From: an uncultured Methanotrichaceae archaeon | GTDB taxonomy: Archaea > Halobacteriota > Methanosarcinia > Methanotrichales > Methanotrichaceae | Length of the DNA stretch: 64,000 bases | Direction: 5' to 3' | Assembly: GCA_964518035.1 (NCBI GenBank) | Contig: CAZFFD010000001.1 | Location: 9,386-73,385, forward strand | Shown here: positions 10,400 to 19,330 of the stretch, piece by piece | Numbering within the stretch: position 1 is the stretch's first letter | Layout of the letters: every line of letters starts with the position of its first letter | Position numbers and translations under genes: made by a program | Notes under the pieces: generated by a model | Told to the model about the DNA's origin: nothing | The model's database searches: none | The model's input: the letters and a program-made list of their open reading frames with translations, nothing else

Positions 10400-11910
10400 A
10401 ATCATTCGTCTTTCCTGAGTTCCAGATCATAAGGGACGAAGAAAAATGCGGCCAGTGTCGGGGCTGCGAACGACAGTGTGCCTTTGGCACTCACACTTAC
10501 GATCCGGTGGCCGACCGGCTGATATCCGATGAATACAAGTGCGTCGGCTGCCAGAGATGCGTGGTATTCTGCCCGAAGGATGCCATTGTGGTCCGTCCAT
10601 CACCATCGTATTACCGGCCCAATGCCTCCTGGTCGCGCGAAAAGCTGGAGGATCTCAAGAAACAGGCGGAAACTGGAGGCGTAATCCTTACCGGGTCAGG
10701 CAACGACAAGCCGTTTTGCATCTATTGGGACCACATTGTTCTCAATGCCTCTCAGGTCACAAATCCCTCGATCGATCCATTGAGAGAGCCGATGGAGCTG
10801 CGCACCTTCCTGGGGGCCAAGCCGGACCAGATGGATATCTCCCTCAAAGACGGCGAGGTGAAGATCAATACTAAACTCTCACCCAACATCATGGTAGAGA
10901 CGCCCATACTCTTCTCGGCCATGTCCTACGGAGCCATAAGCTACAACGCATTCCGGTCGCTGGCAATGGCTGCGAGGAAGTCCGGAACCTTCTTCAATAC
11001 TGGCGAAGGCGGACTGCCCAAAGAGATGAGGGACGAGTTTGGAAAGTACGCTATAGCTCAGGTGGCTTCAGGTCGCTATGGCATAGATGCAGAATACTTG
11101 AACTGCGCTGCTGCAATCGAGATCAAAGTGGGCCAGGGGGCAAAGCCCGGTATCGGTGGACACTTGCCCGGCGAGAAGGTCTCGGCGATTGTTGCACAGA
11201 CTCGCATGATCCCCCAGGGGACCGACGCCATATCGCCGGCTCCGCATCATGATATCTACTCAATTGAAGATCTCTCGATGCTTATTACTGCCCTGAAAGA
11301 GGCGACCAACTACGAGAAACCCATCTCCGTCAAGATTGCTGCGGTTCATAACTTCGCTGCCATCGCCTCAGGAATTGTGCGGGCGGGAGCGGACATCATC
11401 GCCATCGATGGGCTACGAGGAGGAACGGGGGCTGCTCCCAAGGTCATCCGGGACAACGTCGGAATTCCAATTGAGCTTGCCATCTCATCTCTGGACAGAA
11501 GGCTCCGGGGCGAGGGGATCAGAAACAGATGCTCTATCATTGCTGCTGGTGGAGTTCGCTGCAGTTCCGATGTCATCAAGGCCATAGCTCTTGGAGCTGA
11601 CGCAGTTTACATTGGATCTGCGGCTCTCATTGCTATGGGATGTACCCTCTGTCAGAAGTGTTATACCGACAAATGCAACTGGGGAATATGCACTCAAGAC
11701 CCGCGCCTCTCCGGACGGTTGAATGTGGATATCGCGAGCCAAAGGCTTTCCAACCTGATAGCAGCATGGTCGCATGAGATTGCTGAGATGTTAGGCGGCA
11801 TGGGCATCAATGCTCTCGAGAGCCTGCGCGGCAACAGGGATCACCTGCGAGGTGTTGGCCTGCATGAGTGGGAGCTTGATGTGCTGGGAATCAAGGGTGC
11901 AGGAGAGTGA
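10396..11910 (+). CDS. gltB: Archaeal-type glutamate synthase, FMN/Fe-S domain protein with an N-terminal 2x[4Fe-4S] ferredoxin module
   Basis: 504 aa. CGQCRGCERQC and CVGCQRCVVFCP clusters, then glutamate-synthase central domain motifs (GEGG, KVGQGAKPGIGGHLPG, GLRGGTGAAP). The start overlaps the upstream stop (ATGA). Confidence 0.85.
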   Translation: MKSFVFPEFQIIRDEEKCGQCRGCERQCAFGTHTYDPVADRLISDEYKCVGCQRCVVFCPKDAIVVRPSPSYYRPNASWSREKLEDLKKQAETGGVILTGSGNDKPFCIYWDHIVLNASQVTNPSIDPLREPMELRTFLGAKPDQMDISLKDGEVKINTKLSPNIMVETPILFSAMSYGAISYNAFRSLAMAARKSGTFFNTGEGGLPKEMRDEFGKYAIAQVASGRYGIDAEYLNCAAAIEIKVGQGAKPGIGGHLPGEKVSAIVAQTRMIPQGTDAISPAPHHDIYSIEDLSMLITALKEATNYEKPISVKIAAVHNFAAIASGIVRAGADIIAIDGLRGGTGAAPKVIRDNVGIPIELAISSLDRRLRGEGIRNRCSIIAAGGVRCSSDVIKAIALGADAVYIGSAALIAMGCTLCQKCYTDKCNWGICTQDPRLSGRLNVDIASQRLSNLIAAWSHEIAEMLGGMGINALESLRGNRDHLRGVGLHEWELDVLGIKGAGE

Positions 11911-11916
11911 AGGAAA

Positions 11917-12729
11917 ATGTGCAAAACCGTTCCGTTAGACCCTGAGCCGGATACGTCTTCTGCCGGAGATCGGGCAGATGTGGCCGAGATCGATGCCACA
12001 GACCTGCAGACCAAAGAGTTGAACGACCGGCTGAGAGAGATGATGCTCTCCGGAATCAAGAAGGTCAACATCAGAAATGTCTGCGGTCAGAGGTACATCG
12101 GGACCCGTCTCTACACGCCCCAGCATCTCATCATGGATATCGAGATCTTCGGAACACCTGGAAATGATTTAGCCGCTTTTCTTTTTGGCCATAAGATAAC
12201 TGTGCACGGCAATGCCCAGGACGGAGTAGGAAATACAATGGATGCCGGAGAAGTGGTCGTTTTTGGACGGGCCGGAGATATCCTCGGATTTTCCATGAGA
12301 GGTGGCGAGATCTATGTGCGGGACAATTGCGGCTATAGAACGGCACTGCACATGAAGGAGTACAATGAGAAGAGGCCCGTTCTGGTTATAGGGGGTCGAG
12401 CCCAGGACTTCTTAGGCGAGTACATGGCAGGCGGAATTGTGATTGTCCTGGACCTGCAGGGCTTGACTCATCAGTCCAATTTCATTGGCACTGGCATGCA
12501 TGGTGGTGTGATCTACCTGCGTGGCAGCGTGGAGAGCACCCAGGTCGGCAATCAGGTGGCAGTTTCGCCCTTAGATGAGTCTGACCGGGCAGTGCTCGAC
12601 CATTATGTCTCCCGGTTTTTGGAGCGCTTTCCTGAGGTCGGAACGAAGAAGGACGAAATCCTTAATCATTCCTTCGTGAGGCTTACTCCCAAGTCGAAGA
12701 GGCCCTACAACAAGCTTTATACTTATTAA
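11917..12729 (+). CDS. Glutamate synthase GXGXG (alpha-subunit C-terminal / FwdC-like) domain protein
   Basis: 270 aa. Repeated G-x-G-x-G beta-helix pattern (IFGTPGNDL, VHGNAQDGVGNTM, VFGRAGDILG, GGIVIV, HGGVIY). Third gene of the split GOGAT set. Confidence 0.8.
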   Translation: MCKTVPLDPEPDTSSAGDRADVAEIDATDLQTKELNDRLREMMLSGIKKVNIRNVCGQRYIGTRLYTPQHLIMDIEIFGTPGNDLAAFLFGHKITVHGNAQDGVGNTMDAGEVVVFGRAGDILGFSMRGGEIYVRDNCGYRTALHMKEYNEKRPVLVIGGRAQDFLGEYMAGGIVIVLDLQGLTHQSNFIGTGMHGGVIYLRGSVESTQVGNQVAVSPLDESDRAVLDHYVSRFLERFPEVGTKKDEILNHSFVRLTPKSKRPYNKLYTY

Positions 12730-12747
12730 ATATCCGAGAGGGATTAA

Positions 12748-13188
12748 ATGCCGGTATATATTGACATCAGCAGATGCATAGGCTGCCGATCCTGCGAGGT
12801 GGCCTGCCAGCGCGTGCACGGAGGCAAAGGACACGTCAACGTGCATTATGTCGGAGACGCGGCTTCGGTTCCCATATTCTGTCATCACTGCGAGGAGGCA
12901 AATTGCACCAAGGTCTGCTTTACGGCAGCCTTGCACAAAGAGGGGGAACGGACGGCCTATGATGTGAAGAAGTGCACCGGCTGCGGCCTGTGCCGTCTGG
13001 CCTGTCCCTTTGGCGTGGTCTGGACTGATAAGATTGCCCATAAGTGCGATCTGTGCGACGGACGGGAGGGCGGACCCACTTGCATTGTCACCTGTCCGGC
13101 CAATGCTCTATCAACCGATTTCGATCTAGCGTCGAAGAGGGCGCGTTCGCGTGCTGCCAGGGCCGCGGCTCAAGGAGGAAAAAGATGA
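12748..13188 (+). CDS. 4Fe-4S dicluster ferredoxin-domain protein
   Basis: 146 aa. CIGCRSCEVAC, CHHCEEANC, CTGCGLCRLACP and CDLCDG...CIVTCP cluster motifs. Confidence 0.7.
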   Translation: MPVYIDISRCIGCRSCEVACQRVHGGKGHVNVHYVGDAASVPIFCHHCEEANCTKVCFTAALHKEGERTAYDVKKCTGCGLCRLACPFGVVWTDKIAHKCDLCDGREGGPTCIVTCPANALSTDFDLASKRARSRAARAAAQGGKR

Positions 13189-13604
13189 TTAAAGTTGATA
13201 AGGGCTTGTGTCTGGGATGCATGTCCTGCTCGAACGTCTGTCCCAGCCAAAACATCACCAGAAGCGAGTCATCTGAGAAGAGGATCATTCACTGGAAGAG
13301 GTGCATTGAGGAGTGCGACCTCTGCGTGGAGTTCTGTCCGGCCAGGGCGTTGACGCTGGTCCCATTCGACGAGAACGTGCCGGAGCCCGAGGTCTCATTT
13401 GATCTGGTGGCCTGCAGGATATGCAAATCGCGTTATGCAACCGAGCCCATGCTTCAGAGAATTGAGTCTGTCCTGCCACTCAATTTACAGAAGGATTCAA
13501 CGGACCTCGAATGGATCCGCATCTGTCCAAATTGCCGGCGCGATATCGAGGCCGAGAAGGCCACTAAACAGATTGTGATGGAAAGGGGGAAGATGAGCCG
13601 ATAG
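13185..13604 (+). CDS. 4Fe-4S ferredoxin-domain protein
   Basis: ATG 13185 overlaps the upstream stop (ATGA) and has GGAGG upstream. CLGCMSCSNVCP and CDLCVEFCP motifs plus a C-terminal CxxC...CxxC pair. Confidence 0.6.
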   Translation: MIKVDKGLCLGCMSCSNVCPSQNITRSESSEKRIIHWKRCIEECDLCVEFCPARALTLVPFDENVPEPEVSFDLVACRICKSRYATEPMLQRIESVLPLNLQKDSTDLEWIRICPNCRRDIEAEKATKQIVMERGKMSR

Positions 13605-13627
13605 GTGTGGGGCAATTGGCCCTCCTC

Positions 13628-13963
13628 CTAAAAATGTTTTTTAAAACGTCTTTTATTCATAATAGTATATATCAATGTCATCAAGGCAGAAGCTGTGATG
13701 AAATCAATTCCAGGTGTTTCTTTTGTCGAATATGGTTCTGTCGTATAATTTTCATATTCAGATTCCGCGTTCTCATTCCATTCTCGGATATCATCCTCAT
13801 TGGGGGCCATGATGCCGAAGTCCTCGGCTGAGGACATATCATTTTTACTATCGTTGGCTTCTGAAGCCATTGTTGCCTCTGACAGCAAGAGTGCTAGGAT
13901 CAGCCAGACTGCCAGAGCCCAAGACGACGCCATTTGATTTCTCATTGTATTCTCCTGGTTCAT
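13628..13963 (-). CDS. Small secreted acidic protein with a C-terminal hydrophobic anchor (hypothetical)
   Basis: 111 aa. N-terminal hydrophobic signal, Asp/Glu/Asn-rich middle, and a C-terminal TPGIDFITASALMTLIYTIMNKRR tail. One-nt gap to the upstream TPR gene. A+T-rich. Confidence 0.45.
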   Translation of the reverse strand: MNQENTMRNQMASSWALAVWLILALLLSEATMASEANDSKNDMSSAEDFGIMAPNEDDIREWNENAESEYENYTTEPYSTKETPGIDFITASALMTLIYTIMNKRRFKKHF

Positions 13964-13964
13964 C

Positions 13965-16421
13965 TCATATTCCTGTCAATATCTGGGTTAAACCGCTGAA
14001 CAAGTTCTCCGGCTTTGAGGATAGACCTGCCTGTATCGCCCACGAACTCAATATCTGAATGATCAATGGACTCAACAAAGATACAGCAGCAATCCAGATC
14101 TGTGGTTTATCCGCATTAATGAGCTCCAGCTCCTTTTGGGTGTCCTCAATGATCTTTTTAGATATTATATTAATAGACTTCAAATTTTTTGAGTCAAGGT
14201 CTGGCGATTGTGTCTTACTTAAGCAGTCAAATTGCGCAAGCATTTGTTCTTCCAGAAAATTTTTTTCAACAGAGCTTTCCTTCAAACGTTTTATTTCTTT
14301 AAGGGATAAGATCTCATCGAGCCTTTTCTTTGCTTCTATCCCTTGAAGCTGCAAGATAGCAGTCATGGTCTTGAAATCGTTTACTCTCTGCGTCAGCAAT
14401 TTCTTTTGCTTTTGCCTGGAAGTGCGCCAGCCGATGATATATGGAATCAAGAAGAATACTACGAATATTAGAATGGTTAACGCAACCATGATTGGCGTTC
14501 CACTGGGAATTGTGACGAAACCGATATCCAGAGGAGAATTCAATTTAGCCAATTGCCAGCACCAAAGAAGCTGAGACAGATAAAGTGAGTTCAATCCCAG
14601 CCAGCAGAAGCTAAATATCATTGCTGCTTTCCTGAGCATATTGCTGGTTTTATAAGATGTAAGAATCCTATTGGAGGCGATAAAAGAGACAAAAAACCCA
14701 GATAATATTATAAATATCAATTCATATGCCATATCATATGGATTGTTTCCATATTCCTCATACGTCTTTATAATCATTGGCCCGGCACCAAGAATAAATA
14801 ATGATATCAGTGATAATATCCAGAACCAGGTCATTTCGCCGTTGAGATCCTTCTCAAGCGTCGGCCAGATGTCCTTTTCATTCTTCAGGTTGAGGACCCA
14901 TAGGAATGCAGCAAATGCAAGGATGATGAGGGATAAACAAAGGTACTTGAAAACAACCTCTTGAGAAAAATACATATAGATTACAAACAAAAACGAGATC
15001 AACTGAAGGATTAAAGCCGATGGAAAGATTATCTTATAAAATTGTCCCCCATCGATGGTTGAGGTTTTCCTGGCAGGATCTGATGCAATTGATCCGACCT
15101 TTCCCTTCCTTATCAATATTGATGTAATAATAGCTATAACTGTTAAAATAAGAATAATAATTGAAAGATACCATTGGATATCCGATCTGTCATATCCTTC
15201 TTCATGATTTAGTCCATTTTGATATGCTCTGATGGCATCCTCATAGCATCCAAGCTGATAGAGAACATCTCCTTTGCCGTAATACGCCTCCACATTTGTC
15301 GGATCTTGTTTAAGCGCTTGATTAAATGAGGCCAATGCATCAAGATTTCTGTTCTTCAAATGCATCAGTGCCGTTGCATTGCCAATCCATGCGGATGCAT
15401 TGTTCCAGGACGGACCTCTTTTATAAGGTATATCTAATGCATCTCTAAATGCAGAGGTCGCATTTAAATAGTCTTGAAATTTTAAATAGACATTTCCCAT
15501 GCTGCTCTTGACCAGGAATCTATCTCGATCGGATAACGATTCACCGCCAACCAGCAGAGCCTCATGAAGCAGCTTCAAGGATTCCTCAAGCTGCTGATTC
15601 AATTCTGCTGCAATCAAGCCCATATACAAATATGAATAGGGATTCTTTCTGATTTCATTTGAATTTTGCAGGGCCAAGAGCGCTTCATCATATCGTTTCA
15701 AGCGGTTTAAAGCCAGGCCTTTGTTATTCCAGGCTCTTATCTCCTGCACATCATGATTTTTGCCATTTTCTTTCTCTATTAGACCTAAAACAATATCTGA
15801 AATATTATTTGCTTCATTATATCTTTCTAGTTCGATTTGCACCAGAGCAAGATTATTATAAGCATCAAGATAGTTTTCGTTTAGCCTTATGGCTTCATAA
15901 AACGATTTTGCTGCATCTTCATAATTGGCCTTCCCAAGCATGAAGTAGGAGTTGCCTCTATTAAAATTTGCCATGGACTTTGATTTATCATCAGGCAACC
16001 GATTTCCCTGCAATGATTCATTGTAGGCATCCACTGCATTTGGAATGTCATTTTCCAGATAATAGGCGTTTGCCAAATTATACCAGACTTCTCCATGACC
16101 GGGATTATCTAATGACAGCTCGATATATAATTTTAAGGCTTTTGAATTATAATTGTGTTTTTCAGTTATGTTTTCGCTTTTATCTCGGTTCATGCCATAG
16201 CAAACTGCTTCTAAAAATCTTTGTTTTTGTTCATATGTAACGTTAGGTTGGGCAGTGATATCGGCTGGTGAAATTGAATGGCCGCCTGGCGCGACTGGAC
16301 TGATATCTATGTCCTCTCTGCAATCGTTTCCGATGCAATTATCTGCACAGCCAATGCCGGAATCTAGTAATATAATCAAATATATTAATAAAAATAATCT
16401 ATTAGTATCAACTCTAATCAT
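13965..16421 (-). CDS. TPR-repeat protein fused to a polytopic membrane domain (hypothetical)
   Basis: 818 aa. Signal-like N-terminus followed by a Cys-rich stretch, about 8 TPR-like repeats (recurrent W/Y-N-x-G/A-x-A-Y...A...Y/F..A/L), several hydrophobic helices in the middle third, and a charged coiled-coil-like C-terminal part. Confidence 0.7.
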   Translation of the reverse strand: MIRVDTNRLFLLIYLIILLDSGIGCADNCIGNDCREDIDISPVAPGGHSISPADITAQPNVTYEQKQRFLEAVCYGMNRDKSENITEKHNYNSKALKLYIELSLDNPGHGEVWYNLANAYYLENDIPNAVDAYNESLQGNRLPDDKSKSMANFNRGNSYFMLGKANYEDAAKSFYEAIRLNENYLDAYNNLALVQIELERYNEANNISDIVLGLIEKENGKNHDVQEIRAWNNKGLALNRLKRYDEALLALQNSNEIRKNPYSYLYMGLIAAELNQQLEESLKLLHEALLVGGESLSDRDRFLVKSSMGNVYLKFQDYLNATSAFRDALDIPYKRGPSWNNASAWIGNATALMHLKNRNLDALASFNQALKQDPTNVEAYYGKGDVLYQLGCYEDAIRAYQNGLNHEEGYDRSDIQWYLSIIILILTVIAIITSILIRKGKVGSIASDPARKTSTIDGGQFYKIIFPSALILQLISFLFVIYMYFSQEVVFKYLCLSLIILAFAAFLWVLNLKNEKDIWPTLEKDLNGEMTWFWILSLISLFILGAGPMIIKTYEEYGNNPYDMAYELIFIILSGFFVSFIASNRILTSYKTSNMLRKAAMIFSFCWLGLNSLYLSQLLWCWQLAKLNSPLDIGFVTIPSGTPIMVALTILIFVVFFLIPYIIGWRTSRQKQKKLLTQRVNDFKTMTAILQLQGIEAKKRLDEILSLKEIKRLKESSVEKNFLEEQMLAQFDCLSKTQSPDLDSKNLKSINIISKKIIEDTQKELELINADKPQIWIAAVSLLSPLIIQILSSWAIQAGLSSKPENLFSGLTQILTGI

Positions 16422-16564
16422 ATTTATCTGCCCATTATTATTCTTTATAAAATTCTTTTGGCCATATTCTATTTCTTTATTAATAACTCTTTTGGTTCTT
16501 TCCCAGTCTGAGACATGCCAACGTTTATAGCTCTTTTAGAAGCATATACCTCCGGAGGTTTTGC

Positions 16565-17455
16565 ATGAAGAATTTTTCGGCGATCATTGCATTGGCATTC
16601 CTGCTGCTTTTATCAACTGCTTTTGCAGATGATGTCAGCATTGACCAGCTAAAGCAGACGATGATAAAGTCTGCGGATGAGGTTGCATCCTATGATTACT
16701 CACGGATGGCAGAATGCGATATTGTCTACAGAAACGAATCCCTGCAGGACATATTCGAGGCAGCTAAGGCAACGGACGGAAAGGTTAACCTGACTGCAAA
16801 GTCCGGCTGGTGGAGCCATCAGCTCAAGGACACTGGAACGGGAGAGGTGCTTCTCTGGCAAGGATATCTCATAAACGGCACCGAGTACTGGAAAGAGGGA
16901 GACAACTGGACGCAGTTCATCCTCAATGATTCCCAGGCAGTCTTGGATGATTACAATGATCTTCCCGGACAGGTTGAACTCTTGAACTATTCGGATATTA
17001 CTATTACTGGATCTGAAGAGATTGATGGCGAAGATTGCTATAGGCTCACGGCTGAGCCCATTGTTCTGATCCAGAAGGCAATCCTCGGCACTCAGATATT
17101 TGCCTCGTACCTCGCCTCGCCGTTCCCTCTCCCGGATGAACTCGATGTCGCAGATTTTAACTTCGAGAATACCTCAATTATCGAGAACTCAGATGTCTCG
17201 GTTACGGCATGGGTTTCAAAGAACGATTCGCTCTTAAAAAGAATCAAGATCGATTCCAGCCTTACCCTTGATCCTGCGATTCTAAACATAGCTGAACAGA
17301 ACTTCACAATACAGTCGATTTTGCATGAGACTACCGACTACACCGATCTTGGCCAATCTGTGCAAATAGAGCTTCCTTCCGAGGCGTATAATTCATCCTA
17401 CCGCATGCAAGGAGCCGACTGGAGATGGGCTGTATTCGGACTGGTGGAGCCCTGA
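16565..17455 (+). CDS. Secreted protein, possibly LolA-like fold (hypothetical)
   Basis: 296 aa. Clear signal peptide MKNFSAIIALAFLLLLSTAFA and several N-x-S/T sequons. No catalytic motif recognised. Confidence 0.55.
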   Translation: MKNFSAIIALAFLLLLSTAFADDVSIDQLKQTMIKSADEVASYDYSRMAECDIVYRNESLQDIFEAAKATDGKVNLTAKSGWWSHQLKDTGTGEVLLWQGYLINGTEYWKEGDNWTQFILNDSQAVLDDYNDLPGQVELLNYSDITITGSEEIDGEDCYRLTAEPIVLIQKAILGTQIFASYLASPFPLPDELDVADFNFENTSIIENSDVSVTAWVSKNDSLLKRIKIDSSLTLDPAILNIAEQNFTIQSILHETTDYTDLGQSVQIELPSEAYNSSYRMQGADWRWAVFGLVEP

Positions 17456-17470
17456 TTGGAGGAATGAGAC

Positions 17471-17965
17471 ATGATACAATCTAAAATGACCTGTCCTGCT
17501 GCTGGGATTTTATCTGTGCTCAGCATTTTGGCTCTTTTATGCTTGGGCACGGTATGCTGTGCCACTGCACAAGCATCAGCTGATCCAGCCCGAACCCACT
17601 GCGTGAGTTCCGGATATCTGTACAGGACCTCTCCATCGCTTAACGGCGGCCAGGGAATCTGTTCGTTCCCGGATAATAGCTGGTGCGACGCAAACGATTT
17701 CTATAATGGATCCTGCGGCCCGAGGCTCTCGCCCAATATCGTCCCAGGATATGCCTTTGAAACCGGGAGCACGAAAGCTGCATCTATGCAAGAGATCTGC
17801 CTGGCCAGCGGAGGCAAAATCAAGAGTGTTCACACGCCATACGGTGACATCAACGTTTGCGTATTCCCGGACGGCACGACCTGCGACGCGAAGGCGATAT
17901 CTGAGGGAAGATGCGGCGCAGACTACTGGATGATATACGCCCAATCATGGTTGAATGCGCCATAG
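17471..17965 (+). CDS. Secreted protein with two DUF333-like (putative hemolysin) Cys-rich modules
   Basis: 164 aa. Signal peptide, then two copies of the pattern C..SGG......G..C.FPD.(S/T).CD......G.CG. Confidence 0.6.
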   Translation: MIQSKMTCPAAGILSVLSILALLCLGTVCCATAQASADPARTHCVSSGYLYRTSPSLNGGQGICSFPDNSWCDANDFYNGSCGPRLSPNIVPGYAFETGSTKAASMQEICLASGGKIKSVHTPYGDINVCVFPDGTTCDAKAISEGRCGADYWMIYAQSWLNAP

Positions 17966-18028
17966 TTTGGGCACCCTTCTTTTTGGATGAATGGCTTTTT
18001 TATTGATGTAATGCATAATAGAAAGGCA

Positions 18029-18805
18029 ATGAGAAAGATCATCAAGATTGACGAGAGCCTCTGCAACGGCTGCGGCGAGTGCATCACCGCCTGTGCCGAG
18101 GGCGCCATAGAACTGAGGGACGGAATGGCCCGGGTTGTGAGCGACAGCTTCTGCGACGGCCTGGGGGCCTGTCTCGCCGTCTGCCCACAAGGCGCTTTGA
18201 AGATCGAGGAGAGGGATGCAGCTCAGTTTGACGAGTGCGCGGCAAGAGCGCACAGGCAAACAGCGACAGTCAAGCCATTCCACAGACAAAGTGGCCCCGC
18301 AGAAAGAGATCCCACAGATTTCGTCAGCCCATGCACGAGGCCTATCAGCCTCAAAGAGTCCCCGGAGCCCTGTTCCCCCGGCAAAAATGATTTCCAGCAT
18401 GACATGACCAAGAAGGGCGAACCCGGTGAAAACGAGCTATGCGGCTGGCCAATCCAGATGAGTCTCGTCAAACCGTGGGCCCCGTACCTAAAGGGCGCTC
18501 GTCTCCTGGTGGCAGGAGACTGCACAGCTTTTGCCTACCCGGAGATCCAAAAGGACTTCATCCAGGGCCGAGTGGTCCTGGTGGGCTGCCCAAAGCTTGA
18601 CGATACCGGGCCTTTTGTCGAAAAGCTGGCTGAGATCCTCAGGCAGAACGTGATTATGGACATCGCAGTGTTGCACATGACTGTGCCATGCTGCTCACAG
18701 CTTGTGACGCTCGTTGGCGAGGCCGTGAAGCTATCCGGAAAAGATGTGCCCGTAAAGGTCCACGTTATGGGAATAGACGGATTGCTGATTGGAGAAAATA
18801 TTTAG
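18029..18805 (+). CDS. 4Fe-4S dicluster domain protein with a conserved C-terminal Cys-containing domain
   Basis: CNGCGECITACAEGAI and CDGLGACLAVCPQGAL motifs. The C-terminal domain has AGDCTAF, GCPKLDD and VPCC motifs. ATG 18029 is preferred over the track start 17987. Confidence 0.7.
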   Translation: MRKIIKIDESLCNGCGECITACAEGAIELRDGMARVVSDSFCDGLGACLAVCPQGALKIEERDAAQFDECAARAHRQTATVKPFHRQSGPAERDPTDFVSPCTRPISLKESPEPCSPGKNDFQHDMTKKGEPGENELCGWPIQMSLVKPWAPYLKGARLLVAGDCTAFAYPEIQKDFIQGRVVLVGCPKLDDTGPFVEKLAEILRQNVIMDIAVLHMTVPCCSQLVTLVGEAVKLSGKDVPVKVHVMGIDGLLIGENI

Positions 18806-18806
18806 C

Positions 18807-19286
18807 ATGACAGAATTAGAATTCAGAAACGCCGCTATAGAAGACGTCCCTGATCTGATCAAGCTTCTCAAGGAGACGATTGTTGAGGTCTACGGTCAGA
18901 TATTGCCCAGAGATAGGCTGATGCCCTGGATCGAAGGTGACAGGCTCAGAAGCGACGTCAACCTGCTATGGCAAAAGATGATCGTGGCCGAAAAGGAGAG
19001 TGAGATTGTGGCAGTTGCAGCGGCCCTTGACGATAAGGTAGCACTTCTTTGGGTTCATCCTGATCATCAACGAAATGGCATTGGTGGCGCTCTGCTGGAT
19101 ATCGTTGAGGCTGAGCTTGCGAAATCAGGGCATGAGACTGCAAAGCTGGAATGCTTCAGCGATAACGACCGTGCCCTGGGATTCTACCATGCCCGGGGCT
19201 GGAATGTCCTCTGCCAGGAGATGGACGAATATGCAGGGGCCCTGAAAATGGTGATGACCAAGACACTGAAAAAGGACGTCAGCTAG
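18807..19286 (+). CDS. GNAT family N-acetyltransferase (paralog 1)
   Basis: Acetyl-CoA binding motif HPDHQRNGIGGALLD. ATG 18807 lies 1 nt after the upstream stop. Strongly similar to the ORF at 20431-20919. Confidence 0.8.
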   Translation: MTELEFRNAAIEDVPDLIKLLKETIVEVYGQILPRDRLMPWIEGDRLRSDVNLLWQKMIVAEKESEIVAVAAALDDKVALLWVHPDHQRNGIGGALLDIVEAELAKSGHETAKLECFSDNDRALGFYHARGWNVLCQEMDEYAGALKMVMTKTLKKDVS

Positions 19287-19330
19287 GTTTGAGGAAAAGC
19301 TTATACTGTCAATAGTGTAGAAGCAATCTC

